DNA from: Candidatus Micrarchaeaceae archaeon | GTDB taxonomy: Archaea > Micrarchaeota > Micrarchaeia > Micrarchaeales > Micrarchaeaceae | Length of the DNA: 27,931 nt | Assembly (NCBI GenBank): GCA_038881415.1 | Contig: JAVZPY010000001.1 | Span: 1-27,931 of the forward strand | Direction: 5' to 3' | Shown: piece by piece, positions 8,724 through 18,659 of the stretch | Numbering within the stretch: the stretch's first letter is position 1 | How the letters are laid out: every line of letters starts with the position of its first letter | The notes under the pieces: model-generated | Seen by the model: the letters and a program-made list of their open reading frames with translations, nothing else | Databases searched by the model: none | What the model was told of the DNA's origin: nothing | Position numbers and translations under genes: made by a program

Positions 8724-9110
8724 TTACCTCTTTTCGTAATCCTTGCCCCACTCAAAACTTTTTAAGAGGGGATATCCCTTTCCATTCCATTCTTCTAAGA
8801 GCAGGCGGGGCGCTTTCCTGCCTTCTATCTTTATTCCAAACATTTCTGAAACCTCACGCTCATACCAATCAGCTGCCGGAAATAATTCGATCACGGTATG
8901 TATGCTTGGTTCTGTATTTTCGGATTTTTTTATTGGAACTGTTATTACTTCATCTGCACCTCGTTCAATATCAGATATTATGTACACTACCTCAAGCTTA
9001 TCTGGGAAGTCAGCAGCTGTAATATACTTAAGGTAGTTAAATCCCTTATATTTCAGCTCTTCTAGCGTTTTCAGCAATGCTTCTCTCTGTATCTCCTGCA
9101 ACTTTACCAC
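8724..9110 (-). CDS. nuoC: NADH-quinone oxidoreductase subunit C
   Basis: ITAAD, FPAADWYEREVSEMFGI, YPLLK motifs; start codon uncertain. Confidence 0.92.
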   Translation of the reverse strand: MVKLQEIQREALLKTLEELKYKGFNYLKYITAADFPDKLEVVYIISDIERGADEVITVPIKKSENTEPSIHTVIELFPAADWYEREVSEMFGIKIEGRKAPRLLLEEWNGKGYPLLKSFEWGKDYEKR

Positions 9111-9660
9111 TCACTTTATCTTGAAGCTTCATGAGGGCGCCAAAAAGATTTTCTGGCTTTGGTGGGCACCCTATCGCATAAACATCAACAGGAAGCACTT
9201 GGTCTATCCCTTTCACAATATTGTAGCTCTCATACCATGGCCCGCCAGATGTTGCGCATTCGCCAAATGCAACAACGTATTTTGGGCTTGCCATCTGCTC
9301 GTACAGCCTCTTTACCCTTGGTACCATAGATTTGGTAACCCATCCGGCCACTATCATCACATCGCATTGCCGCGGGGTGCCTCTAAAAAGAAGATAGCCC
9401 TTCCTTTCTGCATCTATGCGTGAGGCACCAAAATCCATAAGCTCCATTGCGCAGCATGCAAGCCCGAATTGGAGCGGCCACATTGAATTGGCCCTTCCCC
9501 ACCTAACCAAGCCTTTTGAAAATTCCTTTATTGCCTCACTTAATTTAGTGAACATAACACCTTGTGTTTGCTTATACTTTTTCATGGAGTTTTGAGTGAG
9601 TTCGCTCATTTCCCGCTCGGCATTATAAAATTCTTCCATTGAATATGGAGCTTCAGACAT
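9046..9660 (-). CDS. nuoB: NADH-quinone oxidoreductase subunit B (N2 Fe-S)
   Basis: GLACCAME, PRQCDVMIVAG, GECATSGG, GCPP; ATG 9660 overlaps the nuoA stop. Confidence 0.96.
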   Translation of the reverse strand: MSEAPYSMEEFYNAEREMSELTQNSMKKYKQTQGVMFTKLSEAIKEFSKGLVRWGRANSMWPLQFGLACCAMELMDFGASRIDAERKGYLLFRGTPRQCDVMIVAGWVTKSMVPRVKRLYEQMASPKYVVAFGECATSGGPWYESYNIVKGIDQVLPVDVYAIGCPPKPENLFGALMKLQDKVSGKVAGDTERSIAENARRAEI

Positions 9661-10009
9661 TTTTATCACTCATTATTTTGTACCCAATAATCGCTAAAAC
9701 TGATGATACTAAAAGAGATGCTAGTATACCGTATGATGAGGCAGCAGAAGTTAAGCGCGCTGCAGGAGCCCAAAAGATCATATAAATCGCAACAAGCTCA
9801 AATGGGAGGAATAGAGCAAAATATGAGATGTACTCGTTGTCCAAATCCCTACTGCTGCCTATGCTTTTCTCGCCGCTTTCGTATGGAGCGTTTTTGACAG
9901 GATTACCTGGAACCTTGTTGCGCAGAAGCTTAGAAGCAAGTAGAAATGAAGACGGCATAAATATTCCGAAAAGAACAAATACTACAAGCGCAATGTAATT
10001 ATACAGCAT
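9653..10009 (-). CDS. nuoA: NADH-quinone oxidoreductase subunit A
   Basis: TM1, K..PYESG loop, Y..FALLFLPFE, three TMs. Confidence 0.92.
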   Translation of the reverse strand: MLYNYIALVVFVLFGIFMPSSFLLASKLLRNKVPGNPVKNAPYESGEKSIGSSRDLDNEYISYFALFLPFELVAIYMIFWAPAARLTSAASSYGILASLLVSSVLAIIGYKIMSDKNV

Positions 10010-10060
10010 CGCATTACCGCACTAACAATCTCTCAAAAAACATATATATCGATTTGGTAG

Positions 10061-10360
10061 TTACTTTGGAGATACTGACATTATAGCTTGCTCTGAATCG
10101 TCAGGGGCGCACCTTACCCTCTTTTCTATGCCGCATTTGCCACATCTGTATACAAGCACAGTGTAGGTCCTCATGTATATCCTTCTAATAGGAAGCATTA
10201 CACCGCCACAATCCGAAAGCCTGTCTCCAGGATTGATATCTCTGTGAACACTGGCTAGGCATTTTGGGCAGTGGTCAGTATAGCCAGATCCTACTACCTT
10301 TGCCCCGCAATTTATGCAGACAAAATCTTCTATGTTTCTCCTAAATTTCGCCATCAGCAT
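10061..10360 (-). CDS. RNHCP-domain zinc-binding protein
   Basis: F.C..CG, TDHCPKCL.S.H.D..PGDR...CGG.M.P and C..CG motifs; ATG 10354 is an alternative start. Confidence 0.85.
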   Translation of the reverse strand: MLMAKFRRNIEDFVCINCGAKVVGSGYTDHCPKCLASVHRDINPGDRLSDCGGVMLPIRRIYMRTYTVLVYRCGKCGIEKRVRCAPDDSEQAIMSVSPK

Positions 10361-10389
10361 CTTTTAAACTTTTTATATATAAATTATTG

Positions 10390-11181
10390 ATGATTCTATT
10401 TGTTTTCAGCAGAACCGACATGGTATCCACATGGGCAGGCGAAGAGCTTATCAGGAAAGGCGATTTTAAAAGCTGTGGGGAATTTCTTGGGGCTAAACTT
10501 TACAAAAATGACAAATATTTTGTATTGGAAAGCAATGTAAAGAACATAAACGCAGAATTTATTGACAAATTTGGCAAAGCTGACTGCGCAATATTCTTGA
10601 GCGCGCATAGTAGTTCCAAAGGGGTAGAGTCTTTCACAGCACATTCGGAGGGAAATTGGAGTAGCGAAGCCAGTCTAGGCGGAGTAGGGAAGCGTCTCTC
10701 TATGGCTGCTCCGCTTTATATGCTTGCCATTGCAAAGGCAGCGTACAACGCCGTGGGAAACACGCCTGGATTTGTGCTTGAAGCAACGCACCACGGGCCC
10801 CTGCTTGATACGCCATCAGTATTTCTTGAATTTGGTGGAAGCGAAAAGGCAAAAACTATTAGGGAGAAGGCAGAAGTGCTTGCAGATATATCACTCGGCG
10901 CAAATGCCCCTGAAATGGAGTACTCGAAGATAGTTATTGGGATAGGGGGGCCCCATTATGCCTATAAATTTACAAAATTGGAGCTCTCGAAAGGTTATGC
11001 TTTTGCTCACATACTCCCAAAACATTACTGCTCTGAAGTTGATATGCTTGGACAGGCTTTTGATATGTCAAAACCAAGGCCTGAATCTGCCGTAATAGAA
11101 TGGAAAAGTATAAAAGCAGAAACAAGAAACTCTATTATAAGGCGGCTTGAAGATTCAGGTGTGGATTATGAGAAGGTTTAA
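10390..11181 (+). CDS. dtdA: Archaeal D-aminoacyl-tRNA deacylase (DTD2/GEK1)
   Basis: SAHSS, FTAHSEGN, EATHHGP, FLEFG, GIGGPHYA motifs. Confidence 0.92.
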   Translation: MILFVFSRTDMVSTWAGEELIRKGDFKSCGEFLGAKLYKNDKYFVLESNVKNINAEFIDKFGKADCAIFLSAHSSSKGVESFTAHSEGNWSSEASLGGVGKRLSMAAPLYMLAIAKAAYNAVGNTPGFVLEATHHGPLLDTPSVFLEFGGSEKAKTIREKAEVLADISLGANAPEMEYSKIVIGIGGPHYAYKFTKLELSKGYAFAHILPKHYCSEVDMLGQAFDMSKPRPESAVIEWKSIKAETRNSIIRRLEDSGVDYEKV

Positions 11182-12925
11182 CTTTGCGCTTCTACTTTTA
11201 CTGCTCCAACTATTTGCAATAACGGCTGTTGCGGCGAATACTGGACAAATTTATTGGTTCCAGACTGGAGCTAGAGCCACAAACCAGGCTTCAAACAATA
11301 GCGGAATTAGCGCTTATATACAAACTGTTCCGCAGCGTGATTTGAGCTATGGGTCTATGGCTTTTTGGATAGGAGAAAATCTTGCAAATGGAGCCTTTAT
11401 ACAGGAGGGTTATGAGATTAACAACCAAACTGGGTATTATCCTACAAACTGCACCTTATCGGGATGCAGCTCAAGAGTTTTTATAAGCAAAGGTTCGCCA
11501 GAATGGTTTTGGGAATATTTTCCCGCCGGGTATTATGGCAATAAATTTTTAGGGGAAATAGGTCCAAATGACTCGGCTGGGCCATATGGTGCTTATAATA
11601 ATTATACTTTTTATTACAATGGTTCTAGATGGATATTCCTTTTTAATGGAATGCACATAGGCAGCATTAACCTCAATACTTCTTCGTCTGGACCTAATCC
11701 GCCAACCGCTTTTGGTGAATACGCCGGAGCAATAAATAATATTACAAATATGAGCCCGGTAACCTTCAGGAATTTTTCTTATTTCAGGTCAGGCAATTTA
11801 ATCGAAATTCCTAAAGCATATGCGTATGTTGGATACGGCAAAGGAAGCGCTATGCAGTTAGCGAATCCTTATAGGATAATGGAAATAGAGCCGTATGCAA
11901 ATTTGTTTGAAGTAGGCTCATATATAAATGAATCTGGGCCAATTTTATGGAATCAGTCAGGAAAATTAAATATAATATCCGAATTTGGGAATACCTCGTT
12001 TACTAAATTGTATAACCTGTATTCTAGCTTCAACTTTTCAGAGCCTAGATTTTATTATATTAATAGTACTGCAAGAGCGGTCTTTGAAGGTTGGAAAGGT
12101 TCTGGATTTGGTTCATACACTGGCAACTCTACAAATTTATCGCTAGTAATAACAAGCAATATCACAGAAAAGGCGATATGGGGCATTCAATATTATATAA
12201 ACGCGAGTAGTGAATATGGAAACGCAACTGGATCTGGATGGTATTACAACGGAAGCTACGCAAAAATTAGCGTCCCTAACCAATATAATTTTGAAAATGG
12301 CACAATATTCAAATTTAGATCATGGAATGGGAAATATAGCAATAGCAGTATTTCATTCAGGGTAAATGCGCCTGCCACTTTCGTGGCAAACTTTTCAAAA
12401 ATTTATGAAGTCCACTTAATAGCTTTAGACGGCTACAACCAAACAATAAATGCAAGCTGGTTTGAGATAAGCGGAACAAAATATAATTCTACAGCAAATC
12501 TTACCGGTAGCGTTTATTTCGTGCAGTATGCAGTATATAAGAATGCAGAGATAGGCATAGATAGATACATAAATGTTACAGGCCCATCTACCTTTAAATT
12601 TGAACTGCCAGTATACAATATTTCTATATACATTAGGAATTATTTTGGATCGCCAGTAAGCGGAACTGCAAAATTAGTATTTAGCAACGGTACATCCCAA
12701 ATTGTAGCAATAAATAGCTCTGGAGTCATTGCACTTAAAAAAGTGCCTTTCGGCTTTGTGAAAGTTACTGTACAGCATGGTGGAATGAAACTTTCATTTA
12801 ATGATTCTTCTGGAACAAATCTGTACATAAGCGTGCCAGACCTATCACTTTATTTTGCAATAATAATTGGAGGGCTGATTGTTGTTTTAGCATTTTTTGC
12901 TGGGCGTAGGTTCTTTGAAAAATAG
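11168..12925 (+). CDS. Secreted, C-terminally membrane-anchored surface glycoprotein with a putative glutamic-peptidase-like N-terminal domain
   Basis: Signal peptide MRRFNFALLLLLLQLFAITAVAA, about 30 N-x-S/T sequons, GSGWY..G/FxxWxG repeat-like segments seen in acidophile surface proteins, C-terminal TM plus basic tail. Confidence 0.75.
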   Translation: MRRFNFALLLLLLQLFAITAVAANTGQIYWFQTGARATNQASNNSGISAYIQTVPQRDLSYGSMAFWIGENLANGAFIQEGYEINNQTGYYPTNCTLSGCSSRVFISKGSPEWFWEYFPAGYYGNKFLGEIGPNDSAGPYGAYNNYTFYYNGSRWIFLFNGMHIGSINLNTSSSGPNPPTAFGEYAGAINNITNMSPVTFRNFSYFRSGNLIEIPKAYAYVGYGKGSAMQLANPYRIMEIEPYANLFEVGSYINESGPILWNQSGKLNIISEFGNTSFTKLYNLYSSFNFSEPRFYYINSTARAVFEGWKGSGFGSYTGNSTNLSLVITSNITEKAIWGIQYYINASSEYGNATGSGWYYNGSYAKISVPNQYNFENGTIFKFRSWNGKYSNSSISFRVNAPATFVANFSKIYEVHLIALDGYNQTINASWFEISGTKYNSTANLTGSVYFVQYAVYKNAEIGIDRYINVTGPSTFKFELPVYNISIYIRNYFGSPVSGTAKLVFSNGTSQIVAINSSGVIALKKVPFGFVKVTVQHGGMKLSFNDSSGTNLYISVPDLSLYFAIIIGGLIVVLAFFAGRRFFEK

Positions 12926-12936
12926 GTGCAACGATA

Positions 12937-15660
12937 ATGGATGATTTTGATTTGAAGTTTATTTTACATCATGAAAGGCTAACAGAAATACAAAAACTTG
13001 CTTTTGAAAGGCTTAAGGGAGGGGGAAATTTTCTTTTAGTTGCCCCTACTGGTTCTGGCAAAACAGAAGCTGCTATCGTCCCGCTTTTAAAAAAGATAAA
13101 TGATAAAAAACCGGGAATACGCATCTTGTATATTACGCCTTTAAGGGCTCTTAATAGGGACATAGTAATTAGAATGGAGGCGCTTGCTAACTCTATGGGC
13201 TTCAGTGCTGGTGCAAGGCATGGGGATACAGAAAGGTCTGAAAGAGCGAAGCAGGCAAGGAAGGCTCCAGAATTGCTTGTTACTACACCGGAAACCCTTC
13301 AAAGTATACTGCCGACAAAATCTATCAGGCCGCAGCTCAGAAATCTAGTTGCAGTTGTAATAGATGAGGTACACGAACTTTACCATAACAAAAGAGGCGC
13401 GCAGCTAACCATAGCTCTTGAAAGATTAGAGTTCATTTCACCAGGCTATCAGCGCATAGGACTCAGCGCAACAGTAGGAAATGCGAATGAAATAATGTCA
13501 TTTATATCGGGGGGGCGCAAATGCGAATTAATAGAGGGCACGCATACAAAAAATGTGGATATAAAGATAGATGCAAGTTTTAGTGGAAAAGGCAAAACTG
13601 TTAATAAGCATGAGGTAGACAGCAAAATAGGGCTGTTGGCGGATTATATAAGAAAAAACAAATCTGTACTTATATTTGGCAATACCAGACACGTGGTAGA
13701 GGCTATAGGCAGCAGGCTAAAAGAGGCGGATACAGAGCTTAAATTGGGCGGGGTAGGGGTACACCACAGCTCACTAAACAAAGATGAAAGAATAGATCTA
13801 GAGAAAGAATTCAAATCAGGAAAGGTTAAATGTGTTGTGGCTACAAGCTCCTTGGAACTTGGAATAGACATAGGTAGGGTAGACCTAGTAATACAGTATG
13901 GATCCCCCAGACAAGCGATAAGGTTAATGCAGAGGGTAGGAAGGAGCGGCCACGGCGAATTAAAAGTTGCACGCGGGGTAATAATACCTTCAAATCCGCT
14001 TGAAGCAATAGAATCAGAAATCATATTGTCAAACTTAAAAGACGGAAGCTTTGAAAGCTTTACAATGCAAAAGGGTGCTCTTGATGTATTAATGCACCAG
14101 ATTTGCGGCATAATACTGGATTTTTATGGAACAGCTGCAAAGAAAGATATAGCAAAAATAGTTGGGGGAGCGGGAGCCTACCTAAACTCTGAAATAAATC
14201 TTGATGAACTTTTAAATTTTATGGCTGCACGGAGATTGGTATCAATAGATAACGAAAAAGTAAGTTCTACACCTATGACCAGGATGTTTTATTACGAGCA
14301 TTTAAGTTTTATATCGGATAAGAAAAAGTTTACAGTAAAGAGCATAATAGATAATAGGACTGTTTCTTTCCTTGATGAGGAGTTTGTTACAAGCTATCTT
14401 GATGAAGGGGTTACATTTATAACAAAAGGATTGCCTTGGAAAGTATTAAGCATAGAAGAGGATGTAATAAATGTTGAGCCTTCGTCCGACAGGGAAGCTG
14501 CCATACCTGACTGGAACGGCGAAGACATACCTATAGATTATAAAGTTGCTAAAAGGCTTCCTGAATTTTTTTCTAAGCCGTTTAACACCACAGTATTTAC
14601 TGGCGACAGCAAATCGGTTAGCTCATTCATAAAAGAGCAGAATGGTACATTCCAAATGGATGAGAGAAGGATAATCATTGAAAATGTGGGGGAGTATACT
14701 TTACTCCACACCCACCTTGGAACGCTAGCAAATGAAGCACTAGCAAAAATAATAACTTATTTTGCGTCTGCCAAGCTAGGCCATAGCATTGTCTCACGTT
14801 CATCGCCTTACTTGATACTGCTTGAGCTTCCGCGTGGCTTTGACATTCCATCAATATTCAAATCTTTGAAGGAGGAAACATTGGAAACCGTATTGCTAGG
14901 CGCTATAGAAAGGAGTGAACTTTTTATTTATAAATTTTCTTCCGTAATGAAGTTTTTTGGCATTGTGGAGAAGGATGCAAGCGTCAGCAAAAGCATGGTA
15001 AGGAGACTAATCAGGCTTTTCAAAGGAACACCAGTATATAAAGAAACGGTAAGGGAACTATTGAATAATTATTTTGACATTGAAATATTGAAATCTTTCA
15101 TTCGGAGCTTAAATTCCGGCAATATAAGATTTGAAACAATTAATAGGGATGCACTTAGCCCTATCGCAGACATGGTTATAAATTCTGCTTTTTACTCGAG
15201 CGAGCTTATGTTGCCAGTTGCACCGGACGACGAAATGGTTGATTCATTTGCAGAATATATAATGCGGAAGGATGCTGATATGATATGCACATACTGCGGA
15301 TTCAGATTTACTAGGAAGGTATCAGAATTAAAGCAAATTTCTAAACTAAAGTGCCAAAACTGTGGAAGCCCTATGATTAGCCTTTATGAGCCTAATGACG
15401 AAAAGATAATAGAAAAAAGAACTTCTGGCAAAAAGCTTGCTGCCGCTGAAAAGTCCAGGTTAAATGATATGCTTGCAATTGCGAGTTTGGTAAGCGAGTT
15501 TGGGTGGAGGGCATTATTTACGCTTGAAACATATGGGATAGGGCAGGCAAGCGCAGCCAGAGTTTTAAGGATGCTGAAGAATACTGACAGGGAGTTCTAT
15601 CTAGAAGCGCTAGAAGCGCAGAGGCAATTTATAAGGACTAGAAGGTACTGGTCTATTTAG
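12937..15660 (+). CDS. lhr: Lhr-family SF2 helicase
   Basis: APTGSGKT, DEVHE, SAT, HHSSL, LELGIDIG, QRVGRSGH, IPDWNGE; C-terminal CxxC...CxxC. Confidence 0.93.
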   Translation: MDDFDLKFILHHERLTEIQKLAFERLKGGGNFLLVAPTGSGKTEAAIVPLLKKINDKKPGIRILYITPLRALNRDIVIRMEALANSMGFSAGARHGDTERSERAKQARKAPELLVTTPETLQSILPTKSIRPQLRNLVAVVIDEVHELYHNKRGAQLTIALERLEFISPGYQRIGLSATVGNANEIMSFISGGRKCELIEGTHTKNVDIKIDASFSGKGKTVNKHEVDSKIGLLADYIRKNKSVLIFGNTRHVVEAIGSRLKEADTELKLGGVGVHHSSLNKDERIDLEKEFKSGKVKCVVATSSLELGIDIGRVDLVIQYGSPRQAIRLMQRVGRSGHGELKVARGVIIPSNPLEAIESEIILSNLKDGSFESFTMQKGALDVLMHQICGIILDFYGTAAKKDIAKIVGGAGAYLNSEINLDELLNFMAARRLVSIDNEKVSSTPMTRMFYYEHLSFISDKKKFTVKSIIDNRTVSFLDEEFVTSYLDEGVTFITKGLPWKVLSIEEDVINVEPSSDREAAIPDWNGEDIPIDYKVAKRLPEFFSKPFNTTVFTGDSKSVSSFIKEQNGTFQMDERRIIIENVGEYTLLHTHLGTLANEALAKIITYFASAKLGHSIVSRSSPYLILLELPRGFDIPSIFKSLKEETLETVLLGAIERSELFIYKFSSVMKFFGIVEKDASVSKSMVRRLIRLFKGTPVYKETVRELLNNYFDIEILKSFIRSLNSGNIRFETINRDALSPIADMVINSAFYSSELMLPVAPDDEMVDSFAEYIMRKDADMICTYCGFRFTRKVSELKQISKLKCQNCGSPMISLYEPNDEKIIEKRTSGKKLAAAEKSRLNDMLAIASLVSEFGWRALFTLETYGIGQASAARVLRMLKNTDREFYLEALEAQRQFIRTRRYWSI

Positions 15661-16171
15661 TGCGCTTTAAAAGCTGCTCATTTTGGCTTGGAAGCACTTT
15701 AAATTTTGCATTGCTAAAATTTAGCGAAAGCTCGCGCCCAGCGAAATACTGGTTTAGGAATATTGCCATAGCCGCAATAGAGGAATGGGGCTGTGAGGTT
15801 ATGCTTATGTTAAAGTCTGCAACTGTGCACATTGATTTTAATTCCTTTGTAGTAGAGATTGCAATTATTATATTCTTGTATGAGCGCAGCGTATATAGGC
15901 GCTTTTGGACAGGTATTCCATATCTAGTAAGGTGAACAGTTTTATAGTTGCGCCTAGACTCCAAATACCCTTTCCAATTAGATGTAAATTGAACGCTAAA
16001 ATTGCCGCCCCATTTTTTAGCCACTACGCTGCATGATCTTTTTAAGCGTGAAATAAGCTGTGGGTTAGAAATGGTAAAAACTGCTGAGCTTGCACCTAAT
16101 GCTCGCGCTGTAAGGCAAATGTCAAGCATGTTTTCATAATTTGGCTTGCCCACAACAAGAACTATTATCAT
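15653..16171 (-). CDS. trm56: aTrm56-like SPOUT tRNA (cytidine56-2'-O)-methyltransferase homologue, degenerate
   Basis: LTARALGA, KWGG.F, VHLT.YG, ADFNISI..QPHS..AA.AIFL match aTrm56; the N-terminal GHRxxRDKR motif is missing. Confidence 0.8.
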   Translation of the reverse strand: MIIVLVVGKPNYENMLDICLTARALGASSAVFTISNPQLISRLKRSCSVVAKKWGGNFSVQFTSNWKGYLESRRNYKTVHLTRYGIPVQKRLYTLRSYKNIIIAISTTKELKSMCTVADFNISITSQPHSSIAAMAIFLNQYFAGRELSLNFSNAKFKVLPSQNEQLLKRTK

Positions 16172-16217
16172 TTTACTCGATTAGGTATTGAGGCGAACTT
16201 TTATATGCTTATAGTGA

Positions 16218-18650
16218 TTATTCATTCACTTCATCTTGCTTAATTTCCCTGCACTGTACGTCAACTACACTTGCCCCTTCTGAAAGTTTGATCAGGCGCA
16301 CGCCAGATGCAGCGCGGCCGGTTATCCTGATTGAATTTACACTGAATTGTATTGATATGCCATCTGAGCTCAGTACAGAAGCTGTACCGTCCTGCTCAAC
16401 TAAAATGGCTTTCACTACTCTGCTACCCGTGCCCTTCAGTTTCATATTGAGCACGCCTGACCCTCCGCGCTTTTGAAGTCTATATTTTTCCAGCTCCGTT
16501 ACTTTTCCGTAGCCGGAACTGCTTACAGAAAATATCATGCTAGCCGGAGACTTGGCTGAAACAAGGCTAACTGCATAGTCATCTTTCTTGAGCCGTATTC
16601 CCCGTATGCCGTATGCCACCCTAGACATAGGGCGCACATCTGTCTCTTTAAACCTTATTGCCCTGCCATTAGCAGTAGCTATAAATATTTCAGAGTTGCC
16701 GTCGGATATACATATATCTGCTATTGTATCTGATTCGTTTAGAGATATCGCTTTGATGCCGGTAGATCTTTGCTTAAGAAACTTTGACCCCCTGACTTTC
16801 TTTATGCGACCATTCTTAGTTAGGAATACTATGAACTTTCCTTCAATATCTATCGCTCTTATTATGCGCTCGACCTTATGCTCCCCCAGCGACTCTATTA
16901 TATTTACTATTGGCTTTCCTTGGAAATATCTATCCCCTTCCGGTATTGAATAAGCTTTGCACCAGTATGCACGGCCATCGGATGTGAATAATATTAGCAA
17001 ATCTTTTGTGCGGCAATCCAACATTTGCTTTACTCTGTCGCTTTCCTTTAAGTTTATTGCTATGACCCCTTTGCCACCGCGCGATTGCTGCTTGTATAAT
17101 CTTGGGTTTGTCCGCTTTATGTAATTGCCGTTCGTTAGTATTATTGTAGTATCCTCATCATTTATGAGGTCTTCTATGTCAGTATTTACAGCTCCCGTGT
17201 CTTGAAGGATTTCTGTCCTTCTAGGCCTGCCATATTTGCTTTTTATTGCGGCGGTCTCATCCTTTATAACTTCGTATATCATCTTGCTGTTCGCCAACAT
17301 CTCTTTGTAGCTGCTTATCTTTGACTTAAGATCTTCATATTCAGATTTGATTGAGCCTATTTCTAAGCTTGTAAGTTTAGAAAGCTTCATATCCAATATC
17401 GCAAGAGCCTGTTTTTCGCTTAAGCTGTATCTTTGCATAAGCGATTCTTTTGCAACCTTTGAATCTGTGCTTTTCTTTATCAGTTCTATTATTGGTTCGA
17501 TATTCTCCAAAGCAGTTATAAGACCTTCAACTATGTGTTTTCTATCTTCTGCTATGTGCAAATCATACTTAGTCCTATTTGTTATTACCTGAAACCTATG
17601 ATCTACGAAGATCTTTAAGAAGTTGCGAAGATTCAAGGTCAGCAGCTTATTCCCTATTACTGCTATATTGATCGCGGGCAGCGTTATTTGCAGCTGGGTA
17701 TGTTTATAAAGTGTGTTGATTACATATTCTGGATTTGTATCCTTCTTTATATCTATAACTATTCTTATGCCCTCTTTTCCGCTCTCGTCTCTTACATCTG
17801 TCACTCCTATTAATTTTTTATCTCTAACAAGCACAGCTATTGATTCGGTAAGCATTGCTTTGTTTATTGTAAACGGTATCTCATTGATTATTATACTTGT
17901 CCTGTTGCCCTCTTCCTCTTGCTTTACTTTGCCTCTAACTATTACCGACCCCCTCCCTATCTTGTATGACTCGAAAAGTGAGGGAGTGTAGAATACGCTG
18001 CCCCCAGTAGGGAAATCAGGGCCCTTTATTATCTTAGCAAGTTCTTCTATAGAGATATCAGGTTTATCAATATAAGTGCATATTGCATCGCACACTTCAG
18101 ACAGATTGTGCGGAAGTATGTTTGTGGCGACTCCTACTGCTATTCCAGAAGCTCCGTTGACTAAAGCGTTTGGAAACTTGCTTGGAAGAACTATGGGCTC
18201 ATTTTCGGTATTGTCAAAATTTGGAACAAATTCTACCGCTTCTTTGTTAATATCTTCAAGCATTTCTTCTGCCAGTCTGGTTAGCCTTACCTCGGTATAT
18301 CGTTGCGCTGCGGGCGGATCGCCATCTATCGAACCCATGTTTCCTTGCCCCTCTACAAGGATATGGTTCATAGAAAAGTTTTGCGCCATTCTTACCATTG
18401 TCTCATAAACAGCGGCATCGCCATGCGGATGGTATTTTCCTATTACCTCCCCAACTATTCTTGCACTCTTTTTTGTTGGTGAATTGTGCAGATTGCCAAG
18501 CTTGTACATTGCATATAGAATCCTTCTTTGCGCAGGCTTTAGCCCGTCCCTTGCATCTGGCAGGGCCCGGCCAACTATTACGCTCATTGCGTAATCTACA
18601 TAGCTGGTCTGCATCTCTTTTTCAATGCTCGTCTCCAACACTGCTCCCAT
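16218..18650 (-). CDS. gyrA: DNA gyrase subunit A
   Basis: [25 protein letters not shown] (catalytic Tyr), GyrA-box QSRGGKG and beta-pinwheel CTD. Confidence 0.98.
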   Translation of the reverse strand: MGAVLETSIEKEMQTSYVDYAMSVIVGRALPDARDGLKPAQRRILYAMYKLGNLHNSPTKKSARIVGEVIGKYHPHGDAAVYETMVRMAQNFSMNHILVEGQGNMGSIDGDPPAAQRYTEVRLTRLAEEMLEDINKEAVEFVPNFDNTENEPIVLPSKFPNALVNGASGIAVGVATNILPHNLSEVCDAICTYIDKPDISIEELAKIIKGPDFPTGGSVFYTPSLFESYKIGRGSVIVRGKVKQEEEGNRTSIIINEIPFTINKAMLTESIAVLVRDKKLIGVTDVRDESGKEGIRIVIDIKKDTNPEYVINTLYKHTQLQITLPAINIAVIGNKLLTLNLRNFLKIFVDHRFQVITNRTKYDLHIAEDRKHIVEGLITALENIEPIIELIKKSTDSKVAKESLMQRYSLSEKQALAILDMKLSKLTSLEIGSIKSEYEDLKSKISSYKEMLANSKMIYEVIKDETAAIKSKYGRPRRTEILQDTGAVNTDIEDLINDEDTTIILTNGNYIKRTNPRLYKQQSRGGKGVIAINLKESDRVKQMLDCRTKDLLILFTSDGRAYWCKAYSIPEGDRYFQGKPIVNIIESLGEHKVERIIRAIDIEGKFIVFLTKNGRIKKVRGSKFLKQRSTGIKAISLNESDTIADICISDGNSEIFIATANGRAIRFKETDVRPMSRVAYGIRGIRLKKDDYAVSLVSAKSPASMIFSVSSSGYGKVTELEKYRLQKRGGSGVLNMKLKGTGSRVVKAILVEQDGTASVLSSDGISIQFSVNSIRITGRAASGVRLIKLSEGASVVDVQCREIKQDEVNE

Positions 18651-18659
18651 AAATATACC

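Noticed and set aside
7625-9660. Group 4 [NiFe]-hydrogenase interpretation of the nuoB/C/D-like genes
   Set aside because: The large subunit lacks both CxxC nickel-binding motifs (KLDYVA and SLDLVF instead), so it is complex I-like.
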